A stretch of DNA of 64,000 nucleotides from Octopus sinensis (Eukaryota): positions 56,544,001-56,608,000 of the forward strand of contig NC_043004.1 of assembly GCF_006345805.1 (NCBI RefSeq), read 5' to 3'. A program made the translations under genes and the position numbers. Shown here one piece after another: positions 13,972 through 27,299 of this stretch. The first letter of the stretch is position 1. Each line of letters begins with the position of its first letter. Under the pieces are notes generated by a model that saw only the letters and a program-made list of their open reading frames with translations, was not told the DNA's origin and searched no databases.

Positions 13972-16199
13972 TATCTAATTTATTCCTTTTTTAGTTCCGG
14001 TAAACACTACTCTCATAGTAGCATTAACAGCAGCTTCATTATTATCATCCATTCGTTTGGAAAATCGATAGTTGTAATAAAATACTGAATGTATGGAATA
14101 CAGAGAAATATAACAGGTGTCAAACTTAAGCACAAATAAATGTAAAATTTATATAAAAAGATGTAAACTATGCATTACATATATGGTTATGTTTATAATG
14201 CTAAATATATTGTGATCGTGTATTGCAAAAGTAGTTCTTTGCAAGTGAACAGATGTAAAAGTGATTAGGTAATTTTGTCTCTTGTTCGCATTAAATGCAT
14301 CCTGCTCTTATAACATAGTTGAAAATGTAGTTGAGCAAATAGTCGATTCCATTACAAACTGCTTTGGACATTGTTATTGTACAAAAAGGGAAAATGAACG
14401 GTTTTGGAAATTGATGGGTGACGAGTAATAGTGGGAAAGATGTTTTTGAATTTTACACTTTATAGCTAAACTGGATACTAAAGTACATGTTGTGTTATCA
14501 GTTTCAAAGCCGACCGAAGAGTAAAAGTCATTTATAACTATCAGGTAATAGTTACGTGCTTAACAATTGAGAAATCGCCATAAGGTGTGTACAACATCGC
14601 ATGCAGGCATAGGTTACAGAAATGTGTATCAGAGTTTGAAAGGGGACGAATGTCACGCCAGGATATAGGAAGCCTCAGGATGTTTATAGGGTTTCCTTAA
14701 CAATAAAGATTTCTCTTGTCACGTTTTCTGGTGCTAAAAATCAAGTTATATGTAACCTATAATGTGGCAGAATATGAGACGTTGTTATCTCTGTTACTCT
14801 GTCCATTTTAGGTGAAATTATTTATTCTTTAAAATTTGGCACATCAGGACATTCTTCTATTTCTAAATAATGGGATTAAGCATCGTTAAATTTAAATGCT
14901 AGTTAGCTATCGATTTGTGTCTAAACCAAAATTTTAATCAGTTGATCTACTTTTTTATTCGTTAACCAAAGATCAAAAATGTGTGTGGTGTATACACACA
15001 CAGACACACACACAAACATGAGTACACACACACACACATACATACTTAGAGACAAACACACATATACCCATATGTATATATATATATATATATATCACCT
15101 GTGAACTAAACCCCCATATTTTGTATACACACACACATACACACATATACGCGAATTCATATATATGTATGCAACATTAAGTTTTCAATGAAATAGGTAG
15201 GATGTTGCAATAAGGACGTGGGTTGGGGTGTAACAATCCCTACGCTAATATTCATCATGCTGAAGAGCTAAACTTTGTTGATTATATAATTTTGCAATAT
15301 TTTGGTCTAATGGTACTGGAATTTTTATGTTTGACAAACAAGAAATCAAATTTCTCTTTCATACATGTAGTCTAATCCCTTGAAGTAAATAGATATGCAG
15401 CTACAGATTATATTGCACGGATGAGAAAAGAATTAAGAAGCATTTCATAAAGAAATTTCAAACTAAATTTAATCTACTGGAGATTATTTGTAATATATCA
15501 CAGCTTAATATTTTCTGAGGAAATGTTTGAAATGATAGCATGTAGAATACAATTGATGATGCCGTGAAAGAATTCTCTGATCCTGTGATGTCATCAGCTT
15601 TAAATATGTTAAATTAGCGTCATTGTACTGGGCTTATTAATATCATAACCACTCTGGAGTGGATATTCTGGATTCAGTTACTCCATCGAATCACTCCAAG
15701 TTGTACAGGGGTTATGATGCGGAGTATAATATACAACTGGAAAAAGAATATTCGATTCTATTTCAGCATTTCACTTCTTAAGCACATCGTCATTAATTCA
15801 TATATAAGCTACAGAGATTACATCCCTGTAGCTTATATGCAAATGTATAGCTGTGTGCTTAAGTGGTTAAATGCTGCATCTTGGTGTGCCAACTTTGAAT
15901 CCACTGCGAAACACATTAATCTAATATGTATTGCAGAGAAATTGAAATTGTGACATATGCTGCAAAAAGCCACTGACGTGATTTATAGATACTATTTCGA
16001 GGTATACTTAATGCTCCATTTGGTTTGTCACCTTCGTGAAATTCATGTGGTGTGGTTGTTAGCAGAAACGAATCTTTTGCGATCATTGGGACCATGATTT
16101 ACAGGCAAACATCAATCGCAGTTTATTCACCCTTCCATTAATAGCTTCCGAGACCCTAAACCTAACACTAACCCTACAATGTCCCTTTTACTCTGACAT

Positions 16200-17710
16200 T
16201 GCACCCCTAACTATGACATTAAGGAAATACATTGATAGCTGTAAAGAGCTTGAGGTGCTGTATTTTGAATTACATACCAATGAGCTCGTCAATATGGATC
16301 CATGGACTAATGTAAAATGGAATAGTGATATAAATACAAAGAATATTATCTCATGCATATTGAATGAACAGTAAAGAACATCACGCAATTAGTTTCATGA
16401 GTCACGTTATGAAGATCATTCGGAGAATTTTACTTTTGCGAACAAGAAGCAGAATAACTTGGGATTGGAACTGGACAGTTTAACTTTGCAAACGTTGCAT
16501 CAGCAGTGGGTTTCGATAAGGATATGCCATGTCGCCAGACTTCTTCAATTGCTGTAGGTAATTAATCGTAAGAGAACTGAAGAAAGAAAAAGGATGGCAG
16601 ACAGAAGTATCATAGACATAAGATATGCAGATATCACCTGCAGAATTGAAAGAGGAACTTCAGTGGCATCTGGATGTAGTTGTCAGAGAAAGTGAAATAA
16701 TGTACAGTAGGGTGCATATCTTATCATAGACATACGATATGCAGATATCACCTGCAGAATTGAAAGAGGAACTTCAGTGACATCTGGATGTAGTGGTCAG
16801 AGAAAGTGAAATAATGTACAGCAGGGTGCATATCGTATCATAGACATAAGATATGCAGATATCACCTGCAGAAATGAAAGAGGAACTTCAGTGACATCTG
16901 GATGTAGTGGTCAGAGAAAGCAGGGTGCATATCTTATCTTAGACATAAGATATGCAGATATCACCTGCAGAATTGAAAGAGGAACTTCAGTGACATCTGG
17001 ATGTAGTGGTCAGAGAAAGTGAAAGGAAGGATCTGTCTATAAATTGCTAAAAGACAAAGTCTATAGGGATGACAAAGAGGGGAAGTCAAAAGTACAAACT
17101 GAAAATGAACAGTCAAATTCTTAAGCAGGTATCAGACTTCAACTGCCTTGGAACTTTGATCACAGAAAACGCAAGATGTGTGAAGGAGATCAAAACCTGA
17201 ATAGAGCTAGCAAAATTTGCATTCTAAAATTTGCATCTTGAGAAATCGTTCTTTCAGCAGCAAAACCAATAAGCATATATTGGACTGCTACATTGTGTTA
17301 TTGTATGGAAATTAGGCATGTTCTATAAAATCAGACATTAGAAGATGGTTCGAGAGCTGTGAGATGTGATTCTTAAGGAGTATATTGCATGGACGTCTAA
17401 GTTGTCCAGTGAAGACGTGATGAACCGGTCTGAGGTAAATAGGAAACTCCTTCGTGAGGTAAGTGCCAGGCAACTGAGATTTCTTGGTCATGTGATGAGG
17501 AAGGAATTTCTGGAGAATTTAACGATGACCAGGACGATTGAAGAGAAAAGCTAAGGAAATAGAAGGATGATATAAATGTTAAGCTTGAAGAACTGGTTGG
17601 AAGAAAGAGGCATCAAACATCAGGAGCTGGAACCGTTACCGACGACAAAGAACAGAGAATGGTGGAGGGACAATATCACCTACATCTTACATTCTGGATA
17701 TGTCACCTAA
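16200..17710 (+). mobile_element. Degenerate RTE-clade LINE fragment (RT region to 3' end)
   Basis: Decayed motifs AISFMSHVMKIIRRILL, IDIRYAD, LDVVVRESERKDLSINC, FNCLGTLIT, ARQLRFLGHVMRKE. Confidence 0.8.
16608..17023 (+). repeat. Four tandem copies (periods 114, 114, 99 bp) of the RTE YAD-coding segment
   Basis: Unit starts at 16608, 16722, 16836 and 16935. Confidence 0.92.
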
Positions 17711-17802
17711 AAGAAAACACGTCAAATGCTAATATCTCTATACTTCATGAACCAGAATATTATGAGAATTGTCTGTATGTGTTGCAATACTTAAAGTTGG
17801 AT

Positions 17803-18782
17803 TGTTAAAACGTGCACTCTAATATAGCAGTATAGTTAATTAGACCCTTGATATAACAGTATGGTTAGTAAAGACACGACTATCTGTGACCGTCTACTTC
17901 GTACTCTCTCTCCATACTGACCATGGCCACCTTATTTATAGCGACTATCACATACCACTCGTCATGTGAGAGCAATGTACTATTTCTATTATTCCCACAT
18001 CTCCCCTAAAAAATTGTTTTCTTTTTCCTTAGGGAATGTCATTTTATTTCTTTTAATAGCAATACTTTTTATGTCACCCCACCTCAATATTTTTCAGTTT
18101 TTGCTTTACGTAGTTAGACATTTAATATTGTTTCGTTTGGCATCCACTTCCAGGAACTCCGTACATTTTCTTTACGCTTATGCGCCTGAATTCAATCGCC
18201 TGTGGTGGCATTGGTATTCCTTTCTTAGAACCAGATATTAACAGTAGTGGACGATGATCCGTTTGTAGACCGAAACACCTTCCACGAATATATCCATGGA
18301 ATTTTTTCACACGAATATGAATCCTACCACTTCCTTTTCTCTTTGACTATAGTTTCTTTCAGCTGGTAACAACGATCGTGACGCATGGGCTATAGCCTTT
18401 TTCCGTGTCATCGTCATATGTGTGCAGTAGCACGGCTCCGATACTGTAATCACTGGCATCTGTAGCCAATATGATATCCAACTTTGGATCAAAATGCGTT
18501 AACGATAGGACCGATGTTAAAATGCTTTTTATCTTGTCAAGTGCCTTTTGGCACATCAATCCAACACCATATTGTATTTGTCTTTGAACAGATCACTGAG
18601 AGGGGCCCTTACATTATTTATGTTGTGAATGTAACTTTGATACCATTAATGACACGATTATCTACGACCGTCAGCTTCTTACTCTCTCTCTATACTGACC
18701 GACGTCGCCTTATTTATAGTGGCTATCACATACCACTCATCACGTGCGAGGGGTTGCCATTGATACTATTATCTCCACGACA
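17803..18782 (-). mobile_element. Internally deleted Ty3/gypsy LTR retrotransposon
   Basis: 3' LTR 17803-17999 (TGT...ACA on minus) preceded by PPT aggggaga. Partial second LTR ~18665-18782. RNase H-region remnants THFDPKLDIILATDASDYSIGAVL, AIAHASRSLLPAERNYSQREKE, LQTDHRPL. Confidence 0.85.
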
Positions 18783-19643
18783 ATATGGCGCTTTTATGAG
18801 ATTCACGCCGAAAACTTATAGATTTTGTAGAATGAAAGCGGTGATATATTATATATCACTAGAGAATAGTTTAGTATGTAGCTACCACTCTATAATGCTA
18901 CATATTTCCTTTAATAATATATTTTATAAATGCCTATAATTTCATAATTCACAGGTAATTATCATATATTTAGAACACACTTGAAATAACCGTATTTTTC
19001 TTACAAATCCCGTTTTCATTCAGAGAAACAACGAGAGCGATTGAATGTCAATTTAAATTTATTTTAGTCAATCAATAACGACATTATAATTACCACAATA
19101 CGCTGCCTTTCCCCTAAATCGAGGATAACTCAAACAGTACATCAGACTAGAGGAAAAACAAAAGAACGTCTGCAAGTTTGTAAAATGGAAGTAATACATT
19201 TTCTGCTTCGCAATAAACTTTTTCCTTTCTCTGCTTTTAATGTTCTACATTTTAACAACGTTTGTTTCAATGAGTAGCTTTCATGCCAAAGCTGTCAGCA
19301 TTGTGCAACACTACAGATTTTATTATTCGGATATTCACTGTTTGATCTGTTAGTGGAACTGATAACATGTCGAAATTTTTTTCCTTTTCTATCAAAGCAA
19401 TTCAAGGAATACGATTGATTTCAGTTTGCATTTAGTTACAAATATATTCCCCTGCTAAATTTAATAGTAACATAATTAACATAAAATACAATAAACTAGA
19501 GGAATACACACAAATTCATGCAAACATATATTTACCGAGATACAAAAACATAACTCACGAAACTCCATTTGTGATTCATGGACAGATGACACTTACAAAA
19601 CCCCACATACATATAGAATACACACACATATAGAATACACACA

Positions 19644-19679
<36 letters not shown>

Positions 19680-19681
<2 letters not shown>

Positions 19682-20075
19682 CGCAGGAGTCGCTGTGTGG
19701 TAAGTAGCTTGCTTACCATCCACATGGTTTCAGGTTCATTCCCACTGCGTAGCACCTTGGGCAAGTGTCCTCTACTGTTGCCTCGGGCCGACCAAAGCTT
19801 TGTGAGTGGATTTCGTAGATGGAAACTGAAAGAAGCATGTCCTGTATATGTATATATATGTGTTTGTGCGTCTGTGTTTGTATGTCTGTGTTTGTCTCCC
19901 CAACATCGCTTGACAACTGATGCGGGTGTATTTACGTCTCTGTAACTTAGCGGTTCGGCAAAAAAGACGGATAGAATAAGTACTAAGCTTACAAAGAATA
20001 AGTCCTGGGGTCGATTTGCTCAACTAAAGGTGGTGCTACAACATGGCCACAGTGAAATGATTTAAACAAGTAAAA
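19680..20075 (+). mobile_element. Octopus-type tRNA-derived SINE
   Basis: Head ggcgcaggagtcgctgtgtggtaag...ggttcaggttcattccc, internal (TA)/(TG) tract, tail ...gactgaaacaagtaaaa; same family as 55127-55618 and 62530-62940. Confidence 0.85.
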
Positions 20076-20085
20076 AAGATTTACA

Positions 20086-20432
20086 GGCGCAGACATGGTT
20101 GTGTAGTAAAATGCTTGCTTCCCAACCATACGGTTCCGGGTTCAGTCACATTGTATGGCATCTTGGGCAAGTCTCTTAGGCTGACCAATACCATGTGAAT
20201 GGATTTTGTGTATAGAAACTGAAAGAGGCCCGTCGTATATATGTATATGTACCTGTGTGTATGTCTGTGTTTGTTCCCCTTCACCATTTGAGAACCGGTG
20301 TTGGTGTGATTCTGTCCCCATAACTTAGCGGTTCAGGTAAAGTGTACTAGGGTCGATACATTCGTCTAAAATTATTCTAGGTCGTGCCCCAGCATTGCCG
20401 TAGTCTAATAACTGAAACAAGTAAAAAGTAAA
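20086..20432 (+). mobile_element. Second, older copy of the same SINE family in tandem
   Basis: ggcgcagacatggttgtgtag... through ...actgaaacaagtaaaaag. Confidence 0.8.
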
Positions 20433-20663
20433 AGATATATACGAGTACACACATACACATTTACACACGTATATTTTATTCCAAAATACCACTTTATTCA
20501 GATAACCATAAAACCAAGAATTGTTTCGAATTTAACAAAAGGACGTGGTATTTTATTTGTTACGTGCCTGAATTCTGCGACGAAAAATAAAATTACATAA
20601 AACCAGGGCAACTAACACATACATGCACACATTTATCTATCTCAGCCTCCCCCCTCGCTCTAT

Positions 20664-21079
<416 letters not shown>

Positions 21080-21659
21080 ATGTCTGTCTCTATCTCTCTC
21101 TCTCTGTCTTTATCTCTATCTTTCTATGTCTATCCATCTACCTACGTATTCTTTTACGCTTGTATGTATATAAATATTTTCGTCCTATGTCCGTTTCCCT
21201 ATATTCTGTATAATGATCGGATTGAATGTTAAATGTATCTGTACATCTAACGAAGCTACGCATGAGATTAATTTAAGATGGATTTTGTCTCGTTTTAAAT
21301 AAATCTACGCACAAACAAAATGCAAAATATAGCCTCAGTATAAACAAAGCATTAAGACATTGCCATCAAATAAAACGGCCAATAAAACTTGTTAAAACTT
21401 TTTGAAGAAATCAATAATTTCATTGCGTCTATTTTGAATTTTTAACAACTTCAGTTCTTGTGATTTGTGTTCCTGGGATTTATGAATGCTTCACAAACCT
21501 GTTGATAATATTATTTCTGAGAGAACTAAGAATATGTCGGTATCATGTAAAATCTCACATGCAGATATCGTTGGCTATCAGAGCAAGGCAGTTCCAAATA
21601 TAAAGAGGTGTTGATAATAAATTAGACGTGATCTTAAAAATATTACAAATCGAAACTTA

Positions 21660-21815
21660 TCTTTTATTTTTTAATACTTTCGGTCTGCAGTCATGCAAGG
21701 TTTCGGTTGAACGAATCAACTCCACTACTAATTATCTTTTAAGCCTGGTACTTATTTAATGGATCACTTTTGCTAAACTGCAAATTTACTAGGACGTAAA
21801 CAAACCAACACAAGT
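21660..21815 (-). mobile_element. Degenerate SINE 3' fragment
   Basis: aagcctggtacttatt...ttttgctaaactgc...ggacgtaaacaaaccaacac resembles 55215-55290. Confidence 0.55.
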
Positions 21816-22923
21816 TTTCAAGCAAATATTTCACCACTGGTCCAAATCTGTACACACACGGAGGAAAATTTTATAACCTTTCGAGGGAATGCGAAGTAAT
21901 GGTTTTGAGGAATAATGGTTCTCATAGTAAGGTAAATACAGATATAAATATGGCATGTAAATATTGGGTAGAAAAGACTATTCGTGTAAATGAGAATCCG
22001 AGAGCAGCCCGCCTGAAACCAATTCACGTCCATTGTAGACATGACAAATATTCTACCACTGGACCAAACAGTCCATCGAATTTAGCTACCCGTTTTAGAA
22101 ACATCATGCAAGCGAGGATTGCATGCTGTTGAGGTCAATGAAGTTTTATAAATGTTCTAGAACGTGAAGTAACTCTTTATTGTAATAATGGTGCTAGAAG
22201 TACATCTGCTACAGCAACAAAGAATATGGTGTAAATTTTGGATCGAAAAGCCCTTTTGGATATAAAAATTTAAATATTACAATACCTTACTATAGATCAA
22301 ATAGAAATATAAAAACAGATTATCATGCTCATTTTCAATGGAAAACAGACGGTATTATCCTGTGGATGCTTCCACGGTTTGTTAGCCCCTATGCAATGAA
22401 GCCGTACCAGTTTCTTCTCATATTCTAAAGTATATTGCATTTAGCTGCTAAATGAAGTAACATCAATCCCATCGGAAAATGTGCTTACATTTCTATTTAA
22501 CCCAGCGCAGAGTAGCATTTAAATTTATTTCAATTCTGGTTTACTCTGTGTTGTACATTAACAAATATGCAAAGTAGGCTTATCCACCATATTGCCAGGC
22601 TAATTGCTGACAGCTTTATATAAAACTTGAACACCGCATGCAGATTGTTAGCACAGGAAACCATATCCAACTTCTTAGACGTTCATTAAACAGAGAATGA
22701 AACCCCTCGCTTCTTTCTGCATTTTAACAGCAAAAATTAATATTACATTCTTACGTCACCGACTGCTAGGCTTTGCAATATAAAATATTTTCAGTACTTC
22801 TGATATATGAGATGTTTTGCATAATGAAAAGCTCACGAAAATCATGTGACTCACGAAGCGGTGATTGTTCTATAATAAAATATTATTTCTGCCTTGAATG
22901 ATTAATTATACTCTAGCTCTTGT

Positions 22924-23123
22924 AGGTATTGAGATTCGTGGCTATGCAATAAGAAACTTCCTTCCCAATCACATGGCTACGGGTCCAGTCCCACTACGTG
23001 GTAAGTTGAGCAACTGTCTTCTATTATAGCTGCGGCGTCACCAAAGCCTCATTGGTGGATTTGGTAGACAGAAACTAAAAGAAGCCAGTCGTGTATATAT
23101 ATACACACAAACATATATATAAT

Positions 23124-23174
<51 letters not shown>

Positions 23175-23473
23175 TATATATATTGGCCTGCTCGCTTAGC
23201 CAGCGGGGTGGCGTCATTTGAAGGCTAAAATAATGCGAAGCGCATTGTGACCAGCGATGTGTAGCAACATCTGATCGCCTGGTCGATCACGGTGATATAT
23301 ATATATATAATATATATATATATACAAGATAAGAAAATGGAGAAATACATCATAATCAAATATCAATTACCAGATAATACTCAATCACATACTTTATTAA
23401 ACCACCACATTAGAGACTGTAGGGTTAAATATAAAAAGCAGAACAAATCAGTGTATAACCCCCTATCTCAATT

Positions 23474-23520
<47 letters not shown>

Positions 23521-23765
23521 GTATGTATATGTATATATTGATCTATGAAGCTTTTGTGTCTGTGTTTGTCCCCGAACATCACTTGGCGACATATGTTGGT
23601 GCGTTTACGTCCCCGTAACTTAGCGGGTCGGGAAAAGAAACCGATAGAGTAAGTACTACGCTCACAAAAAATAAATCTTCGGCTCAAATTCTTCAGGTAA
23701 AAACCCTTTAAGTTGGTCCTCTAGTATAGTCACAGTCGAATGACTGAAATAAGTAAAAGAATAAG
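22924..23765 (+). mobile_element. SINE split by ~450 bp of nested inserts in its internal (TA)n
   Basis: 5' half 22924-23095 and 3' half 23540-23765 both match the SINE family. Confidence 0.75.
23185..23295. repeat. Unclassified ~110-bp GC-rich insert flanked by (TA)n
   Basis: ggcctgctcgcttagccagcgggg...gatcacggtga, with TA tracts on both sides. Confidence 0.5.
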
Positions 23766-23815
23766 AGAAAATGCGTATATTTAATGTAACATTTATTATG
23801 CTTTATTGTACTTAA

Positions 23816-26002
23816 CCTTCTGCCTACGAATGGGTCCAATGGACCCATTTCAGTCTTTTTCAGTTGCTTTTTCCTACTCTTTATATTATTTGATTCTGCT
23901 GATTTCCCGTGACTCTTATTTTTCATTGACTCTCCTTTATTTTCAAATGGGCAATTGTGTGTATGTTTATAAAGACTAGAAAATTTCACCTTATGCATTA
24001 ATATCCATATTGGTCTATTGGGCCCTCGAATTAAATTCAGACGCTACTCTTGTCATTCTAAACAGATTAAAGCAATATCAAATATTATGTTCCTAGATAT
24101 TTATCAGATATAAATTAGATAAAATTGTATTCGATTTGAATACTCTGGTGACTTTATATTCAATTTATTTGCTGAATTTTAGATTCGACAGGAAAAATTA
24201 CGAAAATATCCCTGTAAATTTCTGTGGTGTTGCGTCGCCCTCAATCAGCTAGGTTATAGGGTGATGCAATATTTCTATGTGATGACGCAATTATTACAAT
24301 ATATTGCATCATCTTTCAGGAGAGTATAAATATGCGAGAGAGCAATATCTGCCTTTAGTCTGCTATCAAATTTCATGTAGTTCAGTTATGCTCTCCTATA
24401 TGCCTAGATATAAAATCTTGAGTGAAGACCAAATATCGAAAAGGTTATTGAAGAATGGGTTATGAAGAATGGGTAGTAGATAATAGTGATTCTTTCTATT
24501 GCTCTGAAGATGATGGTGAAAGTGATTGTATGCTGGACAGTTTAGGTTCTGTGTCATCAGATGATGAAGATATTCAAAAACAGTTATCTGCAAGCAACCC
24601 AATTATGAATGAACAATATGTTTCTAAAGACAGACAAGAAGTTTGGCCTTCTAATCCTGTGAGTCAAGAATCAGTAAGAACTTCATCTTGCAATATTGTG
24701 CGCCAAGAATGCGGCTCATACCGTTTTGCGAAAAGGTCTTGCGATAGCATTGAAACTTGTTTTACTAACTTTCTGGGCCAGAATCATCTTGAAGTAATTC
24801 CTAAATAGACAGACGTTGAAGGTCAGATTGTTTACAATGATAAATGGAAATTGATCACCCTGAATTAAAGAAATTCATTGAACTAATTATTCTTATAGGT
24901 GTTTATATATCTAAACATGAAAATGAACCGGGCAAGATTTTAACAGATTTTACAATTATTGCGTTTTAATTATGCTATTGCAAGAAGAAAAAAGGGAAGT
25001 AGAGTCCATAAGAGACGTATTTGATAAGTGGAATCAGAATTTGCAAGATGGATATGTTCCAAGTTCATGCATGACATTTGATGAAGAATTAGTTTCATTC
25101 AGAGGGCGCTGCCTCTTCCGGGCATATATTCATTTAAAACCAGAGAAATATGGAATTAGAATTTGGGCAATATGCGGCAGTGAAACATCTTATGCCTGGA
25201 AAATGCAAATCTACACTGGGAAAGATCCAGTAAAAGGGAGAGAGACAAATCAAGGTTCAAGAGTTGTTGAAGACCTAATAAAATAACTTGAAAATACTGG
25301 TCGCAATACAACTTGTGATCATTCCTTTACAAGTCTAGGACTGGCTTGAAAGCTGCTTAACAAGAAAAGCACTTTATTTGGAACAATTAGAAAGAACAGA
25401 GTTGAACTTCCATGTGCTATCCTAAATTGAAAAGAAAGAGAGATCAACAGCACAATATTTGGATTTCAAAAGGATTTTATGATCCTATCTTATTGTCCCA
25501 AGATAAATTATGTAGTCACACTTAGTACAATGCACTACCCGCTTTCAATTGATTCAAAAAGTGCTAAAAAAAAACTGAACATAGGACATAACAATCTTCT
25601 ACTTCCGCTAACATTTCTCTACCAAACAAGAAAAGAAGACGATATTCAACCTCATTTGATATTCCTGAGACAAAGAAAAAAGGAAGATGTTCTTTGTGTG
25701 GCCCTCCAAAAGACAGGAAAAACTCGTACTGCATGTAAGAATTGTAATCATGTTTGCCAAGAACATTCCAATGTTGTCTGCATTCACTGCCATGAAGAGC
25801 TGTAATTCTGTATTTTTATAATTTAAAAAAATTATTACACGTTTTCAACCGGTATTTTTTATTAAAATGTGCAAGAAATAGTAATTCTTCATTCACCTGA
25901 TAGCATATATAATGTAGCTAAAAAATAGCGTAAGTTTAAATAAAATTAATCAAAAGGGTAATTTTGGGTCCATTGGTGATATTTTCTTTGGTACACCAAG
26001 TG
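23816..26002 (+). mobile_element. piggyBac transposon fossil (PGBD4-like transposase)
   Basis: TTAA at 23812-15 and 26003-06; shared subterminal ccaatggaccca in inverted orientation. Transposase pieces DEELVSFRGRCLFRAYIHLKPEKYGIRIW, MQIYTGK and C-terminal CKNCNHVCQEHSNVVCIHC. Boundaries are tentative. Confidence 0.83.
24455..25805 (+). pseudogene. piggyBac transposase remnant
   Basis: ORFs 24455-24808, 24972-25286 and 25479-25805, with stops and frameshifts between them. Confidence 0.85.
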
Positions 26003-27299
26003 TTAAATATGAAATATACTATTATGCAGTTTAATATATATACATACATATATAAATATACATGCTTCACGTTATATAATATATTTCAGGTGACTGCCTA
26101 TGAATAACTAACTTTCTGGCATTTCTCAGAGTTGGCGTTAAAATACAATAACTTTTGTTATAATTCTTAATTTGAATAAACATTTGCAAGATAATTCTAG
26201 TATATACTTTTTCCAGTTTACTCAGTATATACTTTTTCCAGTAAACTCAGGCATTCATAATTCTACCTTTTAGATATTTTAAACTTCGTATCTTTAAATC
26301 ATGCTCATTAATAACAGAGAATATTCATAAATTTGGTACCTAATAAACAGGGCCGTACTGCAAGCAGATAAAATTATTTCCTGCTGCTTATTAATGCAAG
26401 AGACGTCTGCACTGATTCGTCGTTATCATATAACCTGAAATTCACCCTCAAAATTAAGCAAATACACACACTTCCGTGTGTACATATGTGTGGTTTTGTT
26501 TGTTTCTGTACATGTTGTATGATCTTCTTTCCTGTTCAAACTATAAATTGATGCAATTTATGACCACTTTATAAGGAAATTTATTGACGTTTTTTTGTTA
26601 ATTCCTATAACTGCCCTTCAGAGAGAAGGCGAGAGTAAACTGGAAAAAGTATATACTAGAATTATCTTGCAAATGTTTATTCAAATTAAGAATTATAACA
26701 TGCGCTTTCGTAGAAGACATCACGTCATTTTCAAGTTATAAACTAATCTTCTTGACGTTATTTATGCTTCAAGATAATGTCACGTAATAATGGCGTATTT
26801 TAGACTGTTAGTTTGAAAACTATTGCCAAATAAATAGAAATTTTTCGTCGTTGAATATCATAAAGCGATGTATTGCTTTGATAGAAAGGTTTTGAGTCTA
26901 CATTGTTAACTATAACAATTATAAAAAAGTAATATAATATTTTAAGGTGCATTTTGCATCGTAAATGTGTTTTTTTATTTAGAATGAGATATGAGACATA
27001 ATTAAGACCTATCAAGTATGCTACGATGTATTGAATCTCTGATTTTATTCAATGATTATGTTGCCTCTTATTTCGTGTTTCTTTTTTTCGGTTTATGTAT
27101 GTACGATGAAACGTGTTGAGATTCTAATGAAAATGAAAACTAGCACGAAATCAATGTTCTTCTTTTATATTCTATGTCACCCTGAATTGAACACACCATT
27201 AAGGTGATGCATTAAATCCTATCCGTGATTACCACTTCTCTCTATGTATATATTGTTTTACATATTTTTTAAAGTATTCACCCGTTACAGAGTCCTTAC

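Noticed and set aside
13354-14088. Long 'YIYIYI' ORFs, and similar ones at 2030, 8198, 23292, 35059, 37172, 40159, 44366, 49571 and 55263
   Set aside because: They are translations of microsatellites with no coding signal.
16608-17023. CRISPR-like repeat array
   Set aside because: The units are identical LINE-derived sequence with no unique spacers, in a eukaryotic context with no cas genes.
19680-19750. tRNA gene (also 60608 and 62530)
   Set aside because: The A/B-box-like heads continue into SINE bodies and do not fold into full cloverleafs.
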